This document shows positions 1 to 13,543 of a DNA stretch of 64,000 bases, in pieces; the stretch's first letter is position 1, and every line of letters begins with the position of its first letter. Made by a program: the position numbers and the translations under genes. The DNA comes from Amphiscolops sp. MND2022 (lineage: Eukaryota). The notes below the pieces were generated by a model. It was not told the origin of the DNA and did no database searches. It worked only from the letters and a program-made list of their open reading frames with translations. The DNA lies in the NCBI GenBank assembly GCA_964187785.1, contig OZ076413.1:49602001-49666000 (forward strand), in the 5' to 3' direction.

Positions 1-1089
1 GGCCATATTACTATATTATGTTCAGTTCTATTGCATGAAACTGTGTCTTTGTTTTGTTGATTCTACGCACCTGTGTAGGCACGTGCCGCTAAATAGTTTA
101 CATTCCTCTCACTGTAAACAATTTGAAAGTATTAGTTTTTGATGTTTGGTCAAAGTGTTGTTTGCCTAATATAATAAAGCTAAATTCCTCCGCTCCCCTT
201 TGATGATAGTATGTGCAGTTAGAAAATGCATTTGAGTGCATTCCAAATTTTATGTAATTTTTAAATGATGTTGCTGCGAATGAATAAGGTTTGAATGCCC
301 TTTGACCTTAACGGGACAATATCCTAAAGTGCTTTGATGTAGTTGACGCCGCTAAAAACGAATGAATGTTAGTGGTCACCCGCCATAGTCATGTGCCCTT
401 TATGGAATCTGTAAATAGATTGTTATGCAAGGAATGTGAGTGTCACCCTCTCAAGGGTATATATATTAGTAATTTTCCCGAGAGGGACACAATTGTATTT
501 TGCTTCTCCAAGTTTAGTTTGACATACCTGTTTACGATACAACGCACAAAATCCTAATTTCCGAACAAGATAATTCACTATTTTTGCTCGGACTTTCTTC
601 AATGCATATTCAAAGAAAGAGGAGAAAATTTAGACAGGAATCTTGCTAGAAGGCCCGAAAGTGCCATTAGCAATAACTTTGGAAATGACGATGAAAACAT
701 GTACTCAAGTCTACGAGTTGTCAGTACAGGGATAAATGCCGATTACGGCCAGAATTCAGTCGGGACTAGTTCTAATGTTGAGATTAACAGGTTGTTGAGC
801 GAGTTGAACTCGAGGTTATCTAGAGAAGTAGATGGGATGATGAGTAGTGTCAATACCCAGATCCACAGGGCAATTAGTGATGCATTTGATAGTCAAATAT
901 TGCCTCAGATTCAAACTGCCCTATATTCCGGATCGGGCCATTTGACACAAAATAGAGGGAACGTTCCGTCCGAGAGACCGGAAATTAATTCCGAAGAAAA
1001 CTGCTCTAAGAAAACTAGGAAAATTTCAAGAAGTGAGCAATTCCGTGATCGTCCAATTGACGGAACCGCAAATGATAGTGCTTACGACA
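1..1089 (+). mobile_element. Probable partial/solo LTR of a gypsy-type element containing the start of a gag-like ORF (699-1199)
   Basis: The ORF is protein-like up to ...DSAYD, which ends at TACGACA (LTR-like CA end), then runs into unrelated sequence. The LTR element at 7144-11060 also has an ORF starting inside its LTR. The left end is outside the window or unclear. Confidence 0.35.
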
Positions 1090-1654
1090 CAAAGTGTTTT
1101 ACATATACGAAGGGTCAGTATTGTGAAAGTTTCATCAACATTTCAGCGCCAAAACTTAACCGAAGGGAAACCCACGCGATTCAATTTTCCTTGACTTGAA
1201 ACATCGAAAACCCTATTTTTGAAAAAAAATCAATAGCTCTCCTTTCTGAAAAACTCTCACAGTGCAGAAAAGCCCAAAAGAGACACGCTTTTTTTTCAAG
1301 TCCAAAAAATATCAAAAAGTGAAGAGCCTTTTGGCCGAATGAAGTTTTTCGAGGAAAAGTCGCACAGTGCTGAAAAACGTACGTCATATTGAACAAACTC
1401 TCAGCAGGGACAAAGGGACAAACAATAACCAAACAATAACCAAAGAGGTCACCCTTAAGACTCTGAAAACAGTTTTACATTACAGTTGACGGAACACCTC
1501 AAAGGTGATCGCAAAACGTTTCATGTTTGTAAAAGAACGAAGGTGGTTTAGGTTTAAAAAAATTAGAAAAGAAGTCGCATAGTGCCTAAGAAACCCAAAG
1601 GGAGAACACTTTTGTCTCCGCTCTACTTTAGCGAGAATCAAAAAAATTGGTTTT

Positions 1655-1730
1655 AGTGCGAGAGTCGAACCAACGTACTCCTGCTTCTCAGACATTAGGA
1701 ATTCCGCGTTAACATCTAGGCCTAGTGGCA
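1655..1730 (-). repeat. tRNA-derived SINE head (A/B-box-like)
   Basis: Minus strand reads TAGGCCTAGATGTTAA...GGTTCGACTCTCG (pol III A/B-box-like); no proper cloverleaf seen. Confidence 0.35.
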
Positions 1731-3746
1731 CAAGAATGGCTTAGATTTTACGACTTAGGTGTTTTTTATAAATATTGAATTGTCTATAGAAATCTGTCAA
1801 GTCGATTGTTCTAAAAAAGCCACTGCTATTATCGGTTCTTTTCTTCGAGAAGCAATAACTAAAAACGGCGTGGAGGCTACAAAATTGATCGAGAGATGTT
1901 TTCCTTCTAACCATTAGTTTTGGCGATTTTGCGCAATAAAGTTCGAAAAATCACAAAACTCCTCAAATACCATGTGATAAAGCTATTAAAATTTTGAATC
2001 GACATCGAAACAAAATTACAGCTATTTTTCTGATCAAAATGTGAGGCTTTTGCGCCTGAGACTTTTTGTAGAAGGAATAACCTAAAAGATGGTAATTTTA
2101 ACATTCTCGTTAGCCAAATCGAGTGTCTTCAGCGTTTTGATACCAAAGAATATGTAAAACGAATTTTATATCTCGTTGCGCTTCATCTGTGCAGTTTTGT
2201 TCATCTATGCATCCAAGAGTTTTGTTCAAGTTGCGTTGAACTCTAATTGTGAAAGTTTAATGAAGAGCAACAAGGACGTGAAGTTACGGACGGCGGTTAA
2301 GTGTTCCTATGATACAAATTCTCGGAGTAAAAACCACTTTTCTCAATTGACTAGGTTTTTGTTCGAATGAGATTTGAAGTAGTCATTTTTATTGCGTTGA
2401 TTGCGTGCTGTGCAGACACTATCATACGACTTCTAACATGCGTGTTGTAGAAAGATCTCACTACGACATCACGCCAATCGCGAGACCAATTTTGGCACCA
2501 TCACGGATGCCGATACTAATTTTTACTAATTCTTATTTATAGAAGAGTGAAACAAGAAAGGTGAAACTTTACTCGGAGTTTCCACCCTGAAATCTGTTTA
2601 CTGGATACTGATGACCTCAAGAAAGACATCTGAGGAAGCTTCAATTAGGTAAAAATATGTTTTTTTTTCTTTGACATTAAAATATGAAAAAATGACAATG
2701 ATAAAAAATGACTTGAAAAAATGAAAACGTTTAATTTTTCATTCATCGTAAACGACACCGTTCATGTGATGAGCTGAATGAAGTTAGGTGTTGCAAGCAA
2801 ATAGCGGTAAAATTTCAAATGTTTAAATCACTGGCCTTTATCTTCTGACTTCCGAAAATGGCCAGAACTGATATTTGATATTATAAATATGTATTTACAA
2901 GAGGGCTAGACCGATTGCAATTGAAATAGAAAAGGAGTTCCAATTGTTAACCGGGCCATTCTCTCAAAACTCGCAACGTCTTTGGTGAATATGAATTGCG
3001 ACCCAACAAATCACCGCTTTTATTCTCATTATTTATTTTCGAACGTTTGATTTTTTTCCGTCAAAATTTTTAGTTCCATTCAACTTTCCAAAAAGTCAAC
3101 TTCAAACTTGTTGGAACTTTTTCTGAACCTCCAAAATACAATTTTTAATTCGACTGAGATGGAGGAGACCTTAGAAATGTTCTTCTGTTTTCAAGTGATC
3201 ACTTCAAGATATTTCAAGGCGTTAAACAAGAAAATCTTTTTTCTGAATCTCACCGTTACCTGATATCATCCCTTGTTGAGTCTGCTTGAACTTTTTACAT
3301 GCTGCAGGCCTGCATGCAAGGTGATTGTTTTATAAAACCTAGAAAATTCAGTAAGCATTGGGTGGTAAATCTTGAACAATTACGCTGCATTCTCCACTAC
3401 TGCAATTAAATATGAAAAAATTCCACCCTTCTTTACGGACATGATCACGTTGTATTCACACATTGATTTCTGAAATACTCATCTGATTTAATCACCACTT
3501 CTCAAACAGGGCGCTGAAGATGACGCTAGTTTGCTGTTTAGATTGTGAAAGAAGTTAATTTGCATTAAAATGGCGGCAAAATTGTTGACGCCTCAGATGC
3601 ATTTAAAATTAGAACTGATGCATAACAAAACTTGCAGAACTTCAAGGCTTAAAATTGCCGCCAAAACTTTGATGATTCGTTAAAGCAGCTTGATAAAAGT
3701 TGATGACAACAGGGAAATATTAACGCATTAAAGTTTCCGTAAGATA

Positions 3747-4508
3747 CTGTAGCGTTCTAAAATATCGCAACTCCACTGCTTAAAATTGAGATTTTCAAAT
3801 CCAATTATCTTTAAAACTGTCACAAATACTGTCAGCTACAAATACTGTCTACAGTTTCTTAGAAATTTATCTAATGTACAAAAATGTTTGTTTGGAATTT
3901 CTGCGATAAAAATTACAAAAGTTAGAAATAGGAAATTTTGACAGAATTTCATCAAATTTCCAATTTTTCTTGATTTTCAGCAAGTTGAAAAATTTTTTTT
4001 GAAAAATTTTTAGGCAATCATTTGCCCCCAAATCTCATGAGGATGCCGATATGATTCTAGTGAAAAAAGTTTTCGATTTCACATAAAAATAATCAATTTT
4101 CTAAATGCAATTCTTACAACCTATCTTAATACATGTACTTCTGTGCTTACAGATAGAAAATATAATGCATTTTGTTTCTGATTCGAATCAAATTCTCGAT
4201 CAAAACATATCAGTGGGTTCGGGAGATTATAGGGAGTCTCTGAATGAAAAAAATCCAAAATTTTTAATTCTAAGCTACTCAACTTTCGGAAAAACTCAAA
4301 TTTAAATTAAAATTTTCTGAAATTTGCATTTTTTAACTTTTTCAGTATGGGTCGTAGAAATTTCAAACAAACATTTTTGTAAATTAGATAAAATTTCAAG
4401 AAACTTTTGTACCTGGTAAATTTTTGTATTCGTGACAGTTTGCGAAGTATTTGGTTTGGAAATTTGCCATTTTAAGCAATGAGGTTGGGATAATCTAGAA
4501 CGCTACTG
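3747..4508. mobile_element. MITE with TA target duplication (Tc1/mariner-type)
   Basis: TA|CTGTAGCGTTCTA...TAGAACGCTACTG|TA; the imperfect inverted arms extend more than 100 bp. Confidence 0.65.
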
Positions 4509-4541
4509 TAATTACAAAATCATTGAAAAAGTTGCTTGCAA

Positions 4542-5415
4542 CCCAGGTTTTCGATCTTTGCGAATCTGTGCAGATCTGCAGGATTTTTTTCGCTGGGTTC
4601 GGCAAAGATAGTTGCACTGAATCTTGAAGATCCATAAAGATCTGCAAGATCTTTACAGAAGTGTGCAGATTTTCTTAAAGATTTTTGCAGAAATATGTTT
4701 TTCTGCAGCTTCTAAGGAACCAATATACTAGATTTTTGGACTTCTTCAACTACTTTATCGAATATTTTAGCTGACGTAGGGTCAGTTAGTTGAAATTCTC
4801 CATCACTCAAAATTCTTGAGGTGGCAAATTTGTCCCCATCACGGTAATTTTGGTGACTGGAGAAAGTGCGGTTTTAGGTAAAACACGGTAATTTATCCAT
4901 TTCACTTGAACATTCCAGAACTGGTTTTTCAACTTTGAGAGGCTTGTTTACCATATTGACTTCGTTTCAACAGCTGAAATTTGACATGTAGCAAACTTCT
5001 GGGTTGGTAGATGTGTTGATAAAGTGTTGTTGTTGTAATATTTCCGCAACATAGTTTGTTGGAATATTTTTAGTATTTGCTGTTAACTTGGAATAAGTTA
5101 TAGTAATTTATTGGTCATTGTTCGGATCTGTAAAGATCTTTAAAGATCTGTAACTTCTACAGATCTGTACAGATTGCAACAGAAAAATGTTTCATCATTT
5201 TGACAAAAATATGACTTTTCACCAGTTTTAAACAATTTTATTGTTCCTTTGACATCGATGTGGGGTTTTCATTGTGTTTCTGAGTATGTCAGTTTTTTTT
5301 CGAATTTACAAATGTCTGCAAAGATCTGCGAAAATTCTGTAGATCTGCACATATCTGCAAAGAGCTGCAAAAATCCTGCAGATCTGCACAGATTCTCAAA
5401 GATTGAAAACCTGGG
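4542..5415. mobile_element. Non-autonomous EnSpm/CACTA-type element (CCC...GGG ends, 2-bp TSD AA)
   Basis: AA|CCCAGGTTTTC...GAAAACCTGGG|AA with internal AGATCTGCA subterminal repeats. Confidence 0.7.
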
Positions 5416-6426
5416 AACTTTAAAGAACATATAAAAAGTTCAAGCGAGTTCAACAAGGGATAGTATAAGCATCGAAACACATTTTTGAGGTAGCTCTCAA
5501 CCAAATGGAATGCTCCAACTTTCCTCGACACAAAGTGTATTTGTTACTCTGTCATTTTTCGATGACTTTGATTCAAACTCAAACTGGCTGATCGGTCCAC
5601 CAGTCAAGCAGAGAGAGAGAGCAAAAGGCTCTAAATGGAGGCGTGAAAACTCCGGCAGCTGCAAACGTGTTCATGACTCTCTTAGCAGATCTCAAAAACA
5701 TTTTCAGTCAGCGACATCCCAAATTTGGCACTTGGCGTCCGTTCACTAGTCAACAGGAAGTCTATAGTATTGTTTCAGAAATAAACCATGTATTTTTGGA
5801 AGATATAATGTTTGAGTTAGAAAGTTGTAACGTTTCTGATATAGGTCAGAAAACAAGACGGAAAAGCGAGATCCAGTTTTTGGTCGGGAAGATGCAAAGA
5901 AGGTCGATCGATTTCAATAAATTTGGGGTGCAATAAAAAACAAATAACAATCTGTGTCTTGTCACGCTCGATTGATACCCAAAACTTTAAATAGCGTACC
6001 ATCTAACACTATCAAACCCAACTGCGAATGGACCTCGGTTGTCTGTCGCCCTAGAAAGAATGATCATATTAAAGGACAAAACAAATTTCGTGCCATAGAG
6101 AACATCTGCGTCTACATGCGAATGACTTACATTACATGACCTAAACCAGATTTTTGTTCTCATAACATTTTTGTTGAATGACTCAGAATTACAACAAGTT
6201 CCGTTTCTGTAACCATACAAAGTTTCAACAAGTTTCAACAAGTTTCAACAAAAGATTTAGCGTTCTTCGTTTCTCTCCCCACCTACTTCAGTTTTTTCTT
6301 CACTCGAAACCGCGTAAAGAAAAAGGAAGACCGAATAATGAGTTTCGTTGTTAGTAGAAATTTTGACAAAGATGGATTGGATCTCGAAGCCTTTTCAAAG
6401 CAAGCAGTGACACTAGAACTAGACTA

Positions 6427-7092
6427 CAGTACTGTGATTAAGAAAACGTACCGTGGCAATTTTTCTCGAAATCTGTTGAGAATTTTGAAAACATCACAAA
6501 TGATTTTTTTTAAAGTTTCAACTAGAGTTTATGTTAGTGTTTTTAAAATTGTTCTGGGACACAAACTTGAGAAAGTTACAAATAACTGATTTTGAGCAAA
6601 GTTGGAAGTTTTTTCCGTTTTTCCGAATTTTTTGGAGTCCAATTTTTGACCGTTTTACCCACAGTTTTATTAGCAAGTTTTATGCTCAACCAGATACAAC
6701 AAATCTACGGAATAAATGGACGTACTTTAATTCCAAAAATAACCAACCATTTTCGAAAAATCAGGCTCGAAAGGTAAAATTTTACCAATTTACATGTAAT
6801 AAGACAGGAAATAAACGTTTCGCGGTGAAATAATGCGATTATTTTTTCATTCGGAATGTTTTTGAAACAAGAAATATAGCATTGTATTCTAGACAATCTG
6901 CAGAAACCTCTGCACTTAAATTGTATTGAAAAACTTTCCAAAATCTGTGAAAATAGCAGAAGTGTTCTTTCTGCGCTTGAGATTTCACTTGATGCGCCAA
7001 ACAGAATTGAAGGTGAGAGCAAATAAGCAATTTTAATTGGTTGATAACGATGTTCAGCGAAATAGGGAGACGATTTCTTGATCACAGTACTG
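6427..7092. mobile_element. MITE, CAGTACTGTGAT family, TA TSD
   Basis: TA|CAGTACTGTGATTAAGAAA...TTTCTTGATCACAGTACTG|TA; a second copy lies at 13753-14716. Confidence 0.8.
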
Positions 7093-7143
7093 TACTTTGT
7101 TCATGCAGTTCACAATCATTCGTAAAAGAAAACAATTTCAGGG

Positions 7144-10100
7144 TGTGATGAACCTCATGCTTAGAGTCCTCATTTGAAATCATTGTTTCATCAAGGTTTG
7201 CTTCATTTAAATTGGTAAAATGGTTTAGCAGGATTCCTTAGTTCATTCATATTAAAGGCTCTTAGGGTATGATCATCATCTTCTTCTAAATCAGAGTCTA
7301 CGGTATTTGATGCGTGAACTCCTATAGACTGTACATTTTTGGATCCCGAAACTCGCTCATTTTGTATTTCGTTCATTTCAGATCTTGATTTGGAGTTTCT
7401 ACTTCAATGTTGCTTGTTTTCTCTCGAGTGTGGAGCAATCTAGTCTTTTAGATCTCCTATTTCTTCTGTTTTCAATCTCACTCAAGAGAGAACAATGTTT
7501 TCTTGCAAAGAAAAAGTTGAATTTCTTTGCAGTTTTATGATGAAACAAAATTAAATTGGTGAACAAAATTATTGAAAAATATTTTACATGACAATTGGGA
7601 AGATTTTTTGAGAGTTACTGCTTTCAACTGAAGTTACTTTTGAATGATCGGTTTTAAAACTCCCCTGATGTTTATGGTCTCAGAATTAAAAGTATGTCAC
7701 TCCTTTTCACAGGTGTCATCATTTAAAAAGATATAAATAGAGTTACATCAGAACGTCATCATTCTCTTTCTATCCCACAAATATTACATAATGCATGACA
7801 CTCAAATTACAGTTATCGAATCTGAGGAACCCTAGAAAACGATAAGAATTAAAGCACAAAGGTAACTCAGATGTTACTTAGCAGCATGTGAGATTAAAGC
7901 TTCAAATTAATGCTGATTCAGGTAAAACCGCATAGTGCTGTATGCTCGTCACTTATCGAACCGCATGGTGACGTAAAAAGGCACTTATGCAAAAAGCAGT
8001 AATATGACGTATATACGTCAGACCTTGATCCGCATGATGCCGCATACTCGTAAGTTGTCAATCCGCATGTTGCTGCATACTCAATGTCTGCAATTCCGCA
8101 TATTAGCATAAAACTATTACAAACTGCGTGAACAAGTATTATGAGTCATATAAGTATGTAATAATGAACGAAACTTCGCTTCTGAAACGCTTCAAATGAA
8201 TAACGAAATAAAACTGAACTTTGCGTGAAATTAAGTTAACAAATATGAAGTTACATGACAAAACTAAGAAACTAGGGGATTATTTCTAGTCCTTGTGGAC
8301 CACCTAAAATTCATAGTCTTCTGGAAATCGGGTATGGCAGTTTTAGTTTTCTTAAGAATTGCCCAATGGCACCAGCACAACAGTGATTTTGTGACAGTCC
8401 CGCACTTTTAAAAGAAAACAGAGCTGCCTCCAACCCGTCGAAAAAAGTTCTGGACCTTATACTCCTGTTCTTGACTGTCGTCTTGTCGTACGCTGTTGAA
8501 ACGAGGTATTGGCCCCTGTGCTTCCATTCTTCTATATTGGTCCAGCACTTGAAGTTTTGATTCTGTTTTGCAGTAGAGCATTGAAAAAATTAAGATTTTG
8601 ATGGAGACTCTTCAATCCTGAGGAACTCCCACAGGGCTTGCATGTCAAGGAGAACTTTATTGTCGTTGGGGTACCAATCACCGACGAGAACGTCACCTTC
8701 TGAGTTCATTTGGGATTCATGTGGGTCATTTGCAATTTTGACAAGGTTCTGTCACAAAATTTCCATTCCCCTGGGGTTTTGAAGTGTTTCGTTTTTTTTA
8801 CCAGTCATTGAGTATAAGGCTATGCTGGCCAGGCTAGCGTTGAAGATGTCGTAATTTGATTCAGACAACATCCGGGTTTCTTCTGTTGTTTTTTCATACT
8901 TCCGAATTTTAATTGAAGCATTTTCCAACGATTCTGGATTCTTGTGGGAGCACATCCCAATACTTGCATTATGAAGTAGGTTCATGCTTCCGGGTTTCAT
9001 TTGAAGCATTTTTCAACGCTGCAGGATTCTTGTGGAAGCACTCGAATACTTGCGGAATGAAGTACGTTCATGCTTCCGAATTTCATTTGTCATTTCCGTT
9101 TTTGCACAAAAAATGAACGAAATTTTGTTTTGGTTGAACTCTGTTAAACATTGCTGGGACGATTGCCCACTAGAAGATATGTTCCTTTCTTCAACATGTC
9201 AGCCACTTCAGCTGTTTCGGATTATCCACTTTTTTTGAGTCCCTCAATAATTTTCTCTTCAATCGATCAATACTAAGAGAGGAAAGTCAGAGAAGTTGAA
9301 TTTGTGTCAGAGTTGTTTTCCAGACTGTAAACGTTTGGGAAGTTTGGGTTACAAGTGGAGCAAAAGTTGTTTTTTTTTCAGCATTTATTCGTTCCTGTAC
9401 TGATGTGTTCTTCTTGTATAGTGGTAATTTGAGTTTGATTGTTTTTCTGATGTATTTTTTGTTCTATTGAGTTTTTGGTGTAACTAATTCATCATCATGT
9501 TTGTTGGGTTATTTCATCAAAGTTTTTCCTTTTGGGTTCAGTGAGTTGTTCCACTGGACTCCCCTGCTGTTTTTGGAACTGACGAGGGAGGGTGGGTGGT
9601 TCTATTCTGGGTGAAAATTTAGTGGTTGAGAGTTCTTCTTATCCAATTTACTTATTGCCAATTGGTTTTTTTGTCAAGCTGTTTTTCCATTGAAGTTGAT
9701 GTGTTTTGTCTTGTGTCGGATCCTGTCGTCTCGTCCAATTATTGGGGATTTTGCGAGATTTGTCTATGGAGTTGTCGATTGACTCCTGTCACCATAAGAT
9801 AGTCCTCCTCCTTAGAGTCCTCATTTGAAATCATTGTTTCATCAAGGTTTGCTTCATTTTGGTAAAACGGTTTAGCAGAATTCTTTAGTTCATTCATACT
9901 AGAAGCTCTATGGGGATGATCAACTTCTTTTTCTATGTCTGAGTCTACGGAATTTGATGCGTGAACTCCTATAGAAAGTACATTTTTGGATTCCGAAAGT
10001 CGCCTAAGCTGTATTTCGTTCATTTTAGAGCTTGATTCGGAATTTCTACTTCATTGTTGCTTTTTTTTCGAGTGTGGAGCATTCTAGTCTGCTAGACCTC

Positions 10101-11060
10101 CTATTTCTTCTGTTTTCCATCTCATTCATGTTTTCTTGCAAAGAAATAGTTGAATTTTGTTGAAGTTTTATGATGGAACGAAGTTCAATTGGCGAGCACA
10201 GTTGATGAAAAATGTTTTACATGACAATTGGGAAGTTTCTTTTGAGAGTTACTGTTGTCAACTGAAGTAACTCTTTGAATGATGGGTTTTAAAACTCCCC
10301 TGATGTTGATGGTTTCAGAATTGAAAGTAAGACACTTCTTTTTACAGGTATCATCATTTAAAAAGATATTATAAATAGAATTATATCAGAATGCCATCGT
10401 TCTCTTTATATCCCACAAATAATCTATTTTGCATGACACTCAAATTACAATTATAGAGTCCGAGGAACCATCGAAAACGATACGAAATAATGCACAAGGG
10501 TATCTCAGATGTTACTTTGCAGCATGTGAGATTAAAGATTCAAATTAATGCTCATACAGGTAAAATCGCATAGTGGCGTATGCTCGTCACTTATCAAACC
10601 GCTTAGTGTCGTATAGTGGCACTTATGCAAAAAGCGTTTGTTGGCGTATATAAGTCAGACCGTGATCCGCATGATGCCGCATTCTTGTCAGTTGTCAATC
10701 CGCATGTTGCCGCAAACTCGTCAGTAGTCAATCCGCAGGATGCCGCATACTCATTGTCTGCAATTCCGCATATTAGCATAAAATTATAACAAACTGCGTG
10801 AACAAGTATTATGAGTCATATAGGTATGTAATAATGAATGAAATTTCGCTTTTAAAACGCTTCAAATGAATAACGAGGTAAATTTTGCATAAAATTAGGT
10901 TAACAAATATGAAGTTACATGACCAAACTAGGAAGCTGGGGGATTCATTATAGTCCTTGTGGACCACTTAAATTTCATAGTCTTCTGGAAATCGGGTTTG
11001 GCAGTTCTAGTTTTCTTAAGAATTGCCCATTGGCACCAGCACAACAGTGAGGTTGTGACA
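7144..11060 (-). mobile_element. Internally deleted LTR retrotransposon with two ~1.25-kb LTRs (9795-11060 and 7144-8396)
   Basis: Long direct repeats, both starting TGTCAC on the minus strand. A PBS-like TGGTGACAGGAG follows the 5' LTR (9794-9783). ORF 9739-10023 crosses the LTR/PBS junction. There is only 1.4 kb of internal sequence, no RT and no clean TSD. Confidence 0.7.
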
Positions 11061-12627
11061 CTAGGTCTTATAAAATGTTGGGAATTTGGTAGACAATTTT
11101 ACCATATAACTTTTGAAGAGTTAGGTTAAGATTGGGTCATTATGTACACGTGTTGGGGCTATGAGCTTTGGGATATGAAAAAATAGTTCAGTTTTTTTCG
11201 CAGATTTCGTGACATGTGCCCATTTTTTAATTTTGTTATCCAAATTTCTGAAAGGCCAGAGCAGAAATGGATACTGTAGCACTTTCTACTTACCATTGAA
11301 CAATTCTGCTCTAAGCCAAGCGCGACATGCCGTCACGTCTATGTTTTGTTCTTGTTCAGGGTTTTTCAACTGCTGAAACGAAATTGCAAACCTTTTATTG
11401 GTTGTTGGCAAACTTTGCGGTGACAATAAAGTATGTGATATATTCAACCGAGCAAGTTGGTGTTTCTACGTTACGTTTTATTTGACATCATTAATGCAAC
11501 TGGTACGTCACTAATTCTTTCCTAGCAGTTCATCTAGGTTTGGCGTTTAGATTCAAGGTGAATTCATGTACGCGCTGTTTTTCTTTTAAGTTTATTTTTC
11601 TTTCATCATTATCAGTTTTTGGGCAGCAGCAAAAAATAATGGTTCAATGGTGTTATGAGTCAACGGTAATATCAGTTTGATTCGTTCAACGCTTTTTCAA
11701 AAATTGAACTGGCAATCAAACGAAAGCTGATTCAAGACGGTATCTGTTCGATTCTGTGTGGAAGCGATTTTCACAATCAATAATTTCACTAAGTTTGTCT
11801 AGATTCTGTGAGAGCCGTTGATTCCATACGTTTTGCAGAATAAGCTCCAAGGTTGGTGAATAAAACCTGAAACAGTTTTTCTTAAGAAAATTTTGTGTTT
11901 GATATGTATAGCCTATTCTAGCCACAGTTAGTCCTTCACAATTTGCACCATTAGCTCGAAAATGCGCTCTCGAACCATCATGATGGAATTCGGCCACTCG
12001 AAATACCAAAGCAACTTTGTAGAAAGCCGCCATCGGCCATTTTGAACAACGTCAATCAGTTTTGAGAGCACACAATACTATCTCAATCGAATGAGATTCA
12101 AACTTGTTTTGTTGCTCTATTCTGAAGTTCATGGACCGGGTCCTTTGAAATCTTTATTTCAATCCAAATGACAGACAACTCAGTTTCCATGGTGGAATGA
12201 TTATTCAGATACTAACACTTGAAAGATTTTGGAACGTTTCTTAGTGTAAAATTAAAGTTCTTCTTCATTATAGCATGGATCAATATACCAAAGTAATTAT
12301 TATTGATAACACATGCATCCTAGATTATCGTGAACATTCTTCAGTTGCATGTATTTCTCTCGCCGAGTTACTCAGTTCACTTGAAGTACTTGATTATCCG
12401 TAGCTCCAATATATAGAAAATGAAAGGCTCATTTCCATAAAACAGTTATCAGATTAAAATTACTATAAAAAACTAGCCCAAAGGTTGCATTGGTTCATTA
12501 ACATGTTCTCTCATTATGATCGGTTTCTTTCCTTAAAGTTTCGATACTTCTATCACAAGAAAATCTGGGTTCAAAACGTCCTACGATCTACTGAGAATCA
12601 CTTGGGCGGTCAAGACAAATAGTCAGA

Positions 12628-13367
12628 CCCAGGATACAAATTCTTTAGGCTTCCATGTAATTCCATACATGGAACCATATGATCAACCCAAATCTATGCG
12701 ATTTCATGCATGGAACCATGACGTCCATGCATGGAAACTTATGAAACCATAAGGTGTCTCGTATGGGTTCGTATTAACCTAATACCATCTATACATAGTG
12801 TTTATGGAAAGGTAGTCATGAAAAGCAACTTTTATTTCGACGAAATTGATTTTCCGGGTTTGCATAGGGTTGTTTTTCGGGAAAAGCAGTTTAGGTTCGT
12901 ACAGTTCAATTCCAAACTCTTCTTTATATACTAGTATTATTTATAATGTGAATGGATGACTAGAATCCCTCTTCTAGAGGTTACTTTCCATTTTAGAGAT
13001 TGCATTTACTTTCTTTTTCGAGAGACTTTTATCTAGCCGTCTCCATTGGGTCATTATTAAATTGACAAAAGTGGCGTGGCTATATGTTATTGGCATCTTT
13101 GCGTCAGTCAAGAATTTCCGGAAATATCAATTTTCAAACATAACGGCATTGGAGATACTAGCCGTTTTGTATTTGTGATCATCGTACCAAACTGTTAGTG
13201 TGAAATACAGTAATCTGTTCCTAATTTTGCAAGAATCGTGTCATTGCTACGGCATCGGTTCCATACGATATCATGTGCATGAAATTTTGATGCAGAGAAA
13301 CTTTCCAAATTTATCGAGTGCAACCGTATGGCTCCATGCATGGAATCCATAATGCTTTGGATCTGGG
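12628..13367. mobile_element. Degenerate CCC...GGG MITE (EnSpm-like)
   Basis: CCCAGGATACAAA...TTTGGATCTGGG with CATGCATGGAACC subterminal repeats; TSD imperfect. Confidence 0.45.
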
Positions 13368-13543
13368 AAATCACGCGCCAAAGGAAATTGAAAAAAAAAT
13401 AGTTTATAAAGGTGTCTCAAACATCACTTTGGGATCAACTGAACTTCCTGTGAGCTCTCTCAGTTTTGAAACTTTACTCAGTAAAACGTTTACTTATCAT
13501 TTTGTTATCGTAACTTTTGTAAGTAATTCTGGGAGTGTTTTAG

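Noticed and set aside
2540..12625. Candidate 5' exons of the channel gene (e.g. ~2543-2648, ~12539-12609)
   Set aside because: Splice-like signals exist, but no recognisable signal peptide or channel N-terminal motif supports them.
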